Source: Adineta vaga (lineage: Eukaryota > Animalia > Rotifera). From it: a DNA stretch of 64,000 nt. The notes under the pieces were generated by a model. The model was given only the letters and a program-made list of their open reading frames with translations, was not told where the DNA came from and made no database searches. The stretch covers positions 9,176,001 through 9,240,000 of the forward strand of contig CP075492.1 of assembly GCA_021613535.1 (NCBI GenBank). Reading direction: 5' to 3'. This document shows, piece after piece, positions 57,228 through 64,000 of the stretch (the stretch's first letter is position 1; the number at the start of each line of letters is the position of its first letter). Both the position numbers and the translations under genes were made by a program.

Positions 57228-58128
57228 CTGAAAAAAAAGGAAATTAGCAATTATAACATAAGTATCGGATTTATAGAAAAAGAAATCACTTGAGACTATT
57301 ATTTCTATATAACGATCGAATGAACAGATGTAAAAGAATGTTTAGTTTCTATCTAACTTTCAGCATCATCATTTAGTAAATCTAGTCTTTCGAAGAAAAG
57401 CTGAAAGAATTCTGTTTATAATCGAAACATAGTAGATAACGATACGATGATTTTATTTACATTAGAATGAAGACAAAATGTGTGCATCGTCGTTCACGTT
57501 ATTACTGCCGATGTGATTATGTACAAAAGAAGAAGAAGAAGAGAGAGAGAGAGAAAGAAACGAAGAATAGATGTGAACGAACGTCCAAATGGGTAATCAT
57601 GATAAGACAAGACTTATAACGTTCGTCTGTCTATGTTAATACTTTACCTCCACTTCTACCAGATTTAAACCAAAAGAAAAAAGAAGAACGAATATAATAT
57701 TAAAACGGTCGACTTACATCACCGATATTAAAAAAAAGAAGAAAAGTTCACGAAATTCAATGGATGTAAAACAGAACGATAAGAAATTCATAGATGTAAT
57801 CAACCTACTGTTGCCAGTCATGTCGATGACATTGACCTCACTTCTTTACCGAACACAATCAATCTCACTTACGTGTAGCAAGGAAGAAGAAACACAAAAT
57901 TCAATTTTATAGCTGTCCGACTGCCCGCGATCGGTCACTATGTGAGTGTGTACGTATATATATGTGTGTGTGTATAACAACGACAATGGGCAAATGCATC
58001 GATTTTTCTTCTTCGTCTTCTCCTTCTTTTCCTTCTCTCCTCGTCCTAACTACAAGGGCTACTGCTTCCGTATACTCACACGAAGCAGACGGTGGTACCC
58101 TCCTCCATCTCATATTCCACTTCTTCAA

Positions 58129-58154
58129 CATATATATATATATATATATATATA
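58129..58154 (+). repeat. (AT)n microsatellite
   Basis: Read directly. Confidence 0.9.
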
Positions 58155-60637
58155 CGTGTGCGCATATCTGTCTGTCTAATACATATAAGAAAAAAAAATA
58201 AATGTTCGATTGGCAAGAAGAAAAAGAAGTATTCGATCGAGTTATAATGAGAAGAAAGAAAATGAGAAAAATGCTCTGTTCTCTTCTGTCTGTATTTCTT
58301 ATCAACTAATACAAAACAGATTCAATTAGATAGATCGATGACCATCATCATTACATTTACTACCAAGTCGACCTTTGGCCGTTACTCTCCTACAACATTG
58401 TATTTCTACTGTTGCGTTATTAGAAGAATAATATCGGCAATGATGTAATTTTAAGTTGAAGTACAAGAAAAAGAACAAACGTCAATTATATAGTTACTTT
58501 GTTGAAGTCGTTTCTGTTATACATACATACCTATATGTATATATATGCCATTTGCCTTGAACATAAAAATTTGTCATACTCACTTCTCTTTGTCTCGATT
58601 TTAAAGATTTTATACCAATATTTGTATGTTTCATTGATCGCATTTTAAAAGGAAAAGTTAACAAGGACAAGTTTCATGAAAATGGTTATGTAAAAAGTTA
58701 AGAAGATTTTTCGTATCGATTGGAGACAAAAAAAAAGAGAAAGAAAGAAAGAAAGACTAAATTGATGATTTTGAACGAATTTGTATTGATGATATAAAAC
58801 TTCTTTGGTATATAGTCTAGTTAATCCTCTATACACAATAGAAAATTTTAGCAGGATTAGTAAAAGAAATTTAATCGGATATATAGCGAAAAATTCTCCG
58901 ATTAACATAACGCAAGAGAGAATTAGAGAAATAACTAGAAAGAAAAAGTAATTTTCCACTTGTGAAAACCATTCAATTCATTTCCCCCTGCAGGTATTTT
59001 AATCTCTGAAGTAGAAAATACGTCCTTACGGTAATGCAATTGCTCTTTTATTGAAGAAAACTTTAGTAACGTTTGTTTCATTATATGAATAGGCGGAAAG
59101 CGTTAAATGTGCATGTATAAATCTGATTTGTGACATTAGTCGAGCTATTCTCATAAATCACTAGTCGGATAGAATAAAACTTATGTTCATTAGAAAAATA
59201 TGCTTCTTAATCTTAGAGAAATCGAGACACTATATATTGAATGTCCATCTGTATCGTTGTTTTTCTACATAGATAAAACGAAGTAATTCTTTCTTAAGAT
59301 ATGTACAAACCATATCATCATTATATCGGTCGTGTATATCAAGTTGAAGCAAAGAGAAGAGAAGAAAGAATCATCATCATCATCATCAACTAGTAACGTT
59401 GAAGATATAAACATTTGTCTTCCTTTGCTCGTATCCGGACAATGATCGATCAGTCAAGCCTGATAAAACTGTACAGATCAGAGACGTTCACACATGTGCA
59501 TCTCACTACGTACACGTAGAGATAGTCCATGTATATATACATCCATGATTATGATAGATGATAGACAAATTCGATTGATTGTTTGAAATAAAAACGAAAG
59601 AAAGAGAGAAAGAGTGAAAGATTTCATTCAACAACATTCAAAAGATCAAATAAAGTATATGTTCACTTCAAGAATATACCATTATACTGTTTGCAATGTC
59701 ATTCTTTTTTCAAAGATCTTTGAGTTGTCAAACATGATTTGCTTTCTTTTGTTTAACTATGTCTAGAACCTAGAGGCAAGTAAAAACGATTGCATTTGTC
59801 AAATGCAGTTATATGAGAACAATACAGATGATGTCAGATTGAATATTATTTTTAAATTTCGTTATATTAGAAAGGTAATTGAAGTATAGACGATTTCCGA
59901 TTAATGAAGTTAGACAAAAATGCCGTAGGAATCATCAATGACGTTAATGGAAATATAATGTGTCAGTATAAACAAACGAGTTCTAGTCGTTCATGTGGAC
60001 ATACTAAATGGCTCATTAGTTTTCGTTCAGTCTGGTGATGAACTCATTGATCGTACTAAAGAAAAGGAGAATATGATGTTTATCGATTTGATTTATCTAC
60101 TAATATAACATGACATTAAAATTAAATCAATTTGTTATGATTGACGAAGAAATCATGAAAGACAACTAAAAGCCTTGACATATCAGTTGTTTGACGTAAA
60201 GTAATGTTGTTATTGGTAGATTAGTGCTTATCAGTTGTCAAAAATGATGTTTTCCATCGAACATTTCAGCTTCTTCTTTATCATTCGTATGTTAAAATTA
60301 CTATTGAAATAGAAATATTAGTCAAGATCATTACTTCTTCTCATTTAGATTGGTTATTTGACCTAAACAAATGTAAATATTTAGAACTGTCTCAATTACT
60401 GATCTGATATATATTATTAGGTAAAATGATTTGTTCATTCGTTTCTGAATTACGAAATTTAAGTACTAGAATTTTAAATTACGTCATAGTTCATTCTTTA
60501 TCGATCGGTCCATCCCTACGTACTAATGCGATCTATGTGAAAGAAATCTTTCTTTCTTTCTTTCCTTTCTTTCCTTTCTTGTAAATATTTAAACGATGTT
60601 TACATCTTTTCATTCATTTTCCATTTAATCAACTTTA

Positions 60638-61535
60638 ATGGCGTCGTCGAATCATGAAGATAATCGGTGTAAATTGTTAGTTCTTGATATTGATAGTAAT
60701 CAAGTGAATTCGGATGATATTCGACGATATTTTCTTACATATGGTCCAATTGAATGGATTGAAATCTTTCCAAAACTTTCTTCTGCTGTTATTTATTTTG
60801 TTAGTTATCTAACTGTTAATCGTCTTGTTGGTGTTCGAACATGTTTCATTAATCAAAATCAACTTCGACTTCGCCATTTTCGACCGGATGAAACAAATTG
60901 GAATATCGATATTCGAACACTTCGAGTTAAATTTCATACGACAAATCAAATGAATATAAAATTCACTGAATCAACATTATTTCATTGCTTCAAGGAATAT
61001 CAATCTTGTATCATGAAAATGACTGTATATCCGAATAATCATGCATTACTACTCTTTTCGGATTATATTTATGTTGATCAACTACTTCTCTTACCTATCA
61101 ATAGATTTCAAATCGATAGTCAACCACTTATACTTGAACGATTGATACGAAAAAATCGATTACAACAACAACAACAACAACAAAAACCAATGCGAGATTC
61201 TGTGATTGAACAATTATGGGATCAAATTGAATATCTATCAAAACAACTTCGAGGTAAAAAGAAAAGAAAACTTATAAGGTTCTGGTCTTTCTCAATTGAC
61301 ATATTTCTGTTTCGTTTTTTTAGAAAAACCTGGAAATTCACGATGTGAAATCGAACGACTTCAAGCAGAATTATTCGTACTTAAAAATGAAAATGCACAA
61401 CTTAAATCCAAGCAAAATACTGAACAACATCGAACTGCACTTATTGACATATCGAATAAATGTTCTAATGAGCGATCCTATCAGAAACGTTGGCGTAGTA
61501 ATAGTAGTGAACGAGAAACAAAACGTCATTGCTAA
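60638..61535 (+). CDS. Protein with two divergent RRM-like domains and a C-terminal coiled coil
   Basis: KLLVLDI...DDIRRYFLTYGPIEWIEI...AVIYF is RRM-like, and a second repeat TLRVKF...LFHCFKEY...ALLLF follows. One intron at about 61254-61323, then EIERLQAELFVLKNENAQLKSK. Confidence 0.65.
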
Positions 61536-61918
61536 TTGTAATAATCGAAAACAATATTTTTAATAATAAACTATACTATTCAACCTTGATCTTTTGACGT
61601 CAATTGTATATGAATAATTAGACTTACCTTGGTCATGCATGATTGCATTTACAACGTTTCTATAGGTCCAGAAATATCTCGATTAATGAAAACATGATCG
61701 CAAAAGCCTCCTTCTCCTTAAATTTACTCATTTACATATTACTCATTTAGTTTCGAGAAGTTTTTAAACAAAGACCTTCGATGACTAAGAGACAGTGTAA
61801 CTATCTGCTTCATCTACATTACAAAACAAACATTTTATACTAAAACAAGTAAGTAGATTGGTTAAATAAAGACAATATATATTGATATTTGTATTATAGA
61901 TCACTTTCAAAATACATA

Positions 61919-62101
61919 ATGGGTTTCAGTAGTGACGATCTCTTTCGTGGATACGGTGGATACGGTGGCTATCCAATGTATGGTGGTGGCTATGGCGGTT
62001 ATCCATTTGGTGGATTTGGTGGAGGTTATGGAATGCCATATGGCGGATTTGGTGGTGGATATGGATATCCATATGGTGGATATGGATATGGTTGGTACTG
62101 A
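61919..62101 (+). CDS. Small Gly/Tyr-rich structural-type peptide (60 aa)
   Basis: MGFSSDDLFRGYGGYGGYPMYGGGYGGYPFGGFGGGYGMPYGGFGGGYGYPYGGYGYGWY. Synonymous variation among Gly codons, a splice acceptor just upstream and AATAAA about 40 nt downstream support a real gene. Confidence 0.75.
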   Translation: MGFSSDDLFRGYGGYGGYPMYGGGYGGYPFGGFGGGYGMPYGGFGGGYGYPYGGYGYGWY

Positions 62102-64000
62102 AAATGAACATTCTGATATGCTCTGTAATTTACTGTTTAAATAAATATACAATCGATTAAAAAACTCTGACCGATGTCATATAATCCTTTCAAATAAATA
62201 GTTTAATGACTGAATACATTCAGTCAAGTTGAATTAAGTCTCGATCACTTTGAAATCATTTCATATCCAATAGGGGAAACAAAAGAATCAGATTTGATTT
62301 TCATCATTAGACTCGAGTATGCATCTGTGCTTCTGTCTAATCAGCAATTGTTTAATAAGTGCAAAATAAGATATTTATTGATTATGTCTTAAAACGATCT
62401 TCTTTTTTTGTCTTTCTCTTGTACATTTTCAGTTAATCAAATTTGCCTTATTCGGTATTCTAGTGATCGATGGCACTGCTGTTTCTACTTCTCATTCTGT
62501 AGAATTCACGCAACAAGATTATCACATTAACAACATAGAAGGAAAGAGAGAGAGAGAGAGAAAGAAACTTGTCTCTCATGAGAATATTGCGTCTTGGTCT
62601 TTTTATTCTTTTCTTATGTGCGTTCAAACAATCGTCTTACTATTCTTCGTCTACCATGTCTAAGTGTATATACATGTGTTCTATATATGTTATCACTTGA
62701 TAACTATGGAATCGGAGGGTATGATGGTAGTAGACATTTATCCGACTAGTGAGTATAACAAACGGAAATTAAATTCAGTCGATGTTCGGTAAAACTTCAA
62801 ACGATTGATCACATACATTCATTCTAGAATAAATATTGATCTATTGCTTCTAGGCTACAAGACTGACTAGTTATTATTCCTTTGTCCAGTCAGCCTAGAG
62901 GAGAGAAAAAGTATGATGTATATTGTCTCGCATATGTAAATTGAATTAAACAATAAATGATGGAGAAAACGTTGCTTTTCTTTCTTTTTTTGACTTTCAC
63001 TTGTTCGGGTGGAACTTCCATACAGTCATGTCCGGTTGTTCAATGGATAGAAATAGTTCAACGGAAATTACGAGTTGCAACGATTACGACATAACAACTA
63101 GAATTAGTTAAGTGTTTCAAGAAAACGAGTCTAATAATGTCGACTTCTTTTCCACTTCAATAGCAACTCAAAGTTTGGCACGATAACGAAAAGAAAACTA
63201 ACTTCGCCGTAATCAGATTCGTTAATTGAGTAAGAGGAATTGTTCATTCGTTACAACTTAGATTGGTTGATTATAGTAATAATTATCCCTGCTGTTGTTT
63301 CGGTCTTATTTTTATCAATCATCCGTTTGGGGGGTAGGAGGAGAGGAAAATGACAAAGGCGGAGCGCGGGCACACTTATTAAATTAGAAAAGACATTTTC
63401 TATTGTCTGTGTGATGCTCATCATCGTTAGTTGATTTCAATGCAAATTTATCATTATTCAAATGATTTTGTCAGATGACTATGTGTGAAAGTAAAAGCGT
63501 TCTCGTCTATTCCGATTGATTGTCCAGATCACTATTTGACAAGAAAAAAGAGAGAAAAGAAAAAATTGTTCGAAGACATTCAAAGCTTCAGATAACATCA
63601 TGATTCGAATGAGAAAAAATATAAGCATGAGACAGCTGCAGATGGACATTCACACATCATCATTTATCGCCTCAAGGTTAGTTAACGACACTCAGAACAG
63701 GAAATGATAGTATTTCAATCAATATCTTTCGCATTGTTGATTAACTTGATCTCTTTCCTCTCGTTGACAAAGAAAAAGTATTCAAGCAAAAAAACTAACA
63801 CAATGACATCAGTTGTTGTATTCATGTAATATGTTCACCTGAAAAGATTAAGATCAGACACAGTAAGAAGTTTTACTATTATCTAACTCTAGTAATCGAG
63901 TTTTTTTTTAGCTAAACAAGAAATGACCGGTTAGTTTCAATCACGAATGCCACTGTTTAACATCACCTTGATGTATACATAAAGATAAACGCTTCGAACG

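Noticed and set aside
57907-58959. Several 77-132 aa ORFs upstream of DLGAP
   Set aside because: Low-complexity, microsatellite-containing sequence that looks like UTR or promoter DNA, with no domain signal.
63517-63538. TGATTGTCCA resembling the 5' end of miR-219
   Set aside because: Only 10 nt match and no complementary hairpin arm is evident.

Overview
Gene-dense, very AT-rich eukaryotic (metazoan) genomic DNA with short GT-AG introns, mostly 45-70 nt. Composition, intron size and gene content (a giant FG-GAP/VCBS-repeat membrane protein, a PPC-like domain protein) suggest a bdelloid rotifer; this is inference. I spliced 19 protein-coding genes by hand and found one tRNA. In order: FG-GAP/VCBS type II membrane protein (runs off the left edge); a membrane-anchored Hedgehog-type Hog/Hint autoprocessing protein with no Hedge domain; FoxB; MRPL23; DENND1; RUSC-like RUN protein; UBA-PTH2; eh1/C2H2 zinc finger; Dmbx; Id/emc; tRNA-Pro(CGG); GT10 fucosyltransferase; an uncharacterised protein; a chitin-binding protein; a TM/Thr-rich/PPC-like protein; VDAC; MDH1B; a Q-rich protein; a miniature multiplexin (collagen XV/XVIII); DLGAP/GKAP; an RRM protein; a Gly/Tyr-rich peptide. 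Best leads: (1) the 9-exon Hog protein, whose signal anchor, furin site, small Cys domain, mucin stalk, Hint-SRR and C-terminal hydrophobic tail suggest a doubly processed, possibly lipid-modified ligand; (2) a multiplexin with almost no triple helix; (3) a tRNA-Pro with a compensated U53-A61 pair. Two genes carry single-base frameshifts. No CRISPR array, rRNA or recognisable transposon was seen. All family calls come from motif recognition, not database searches.
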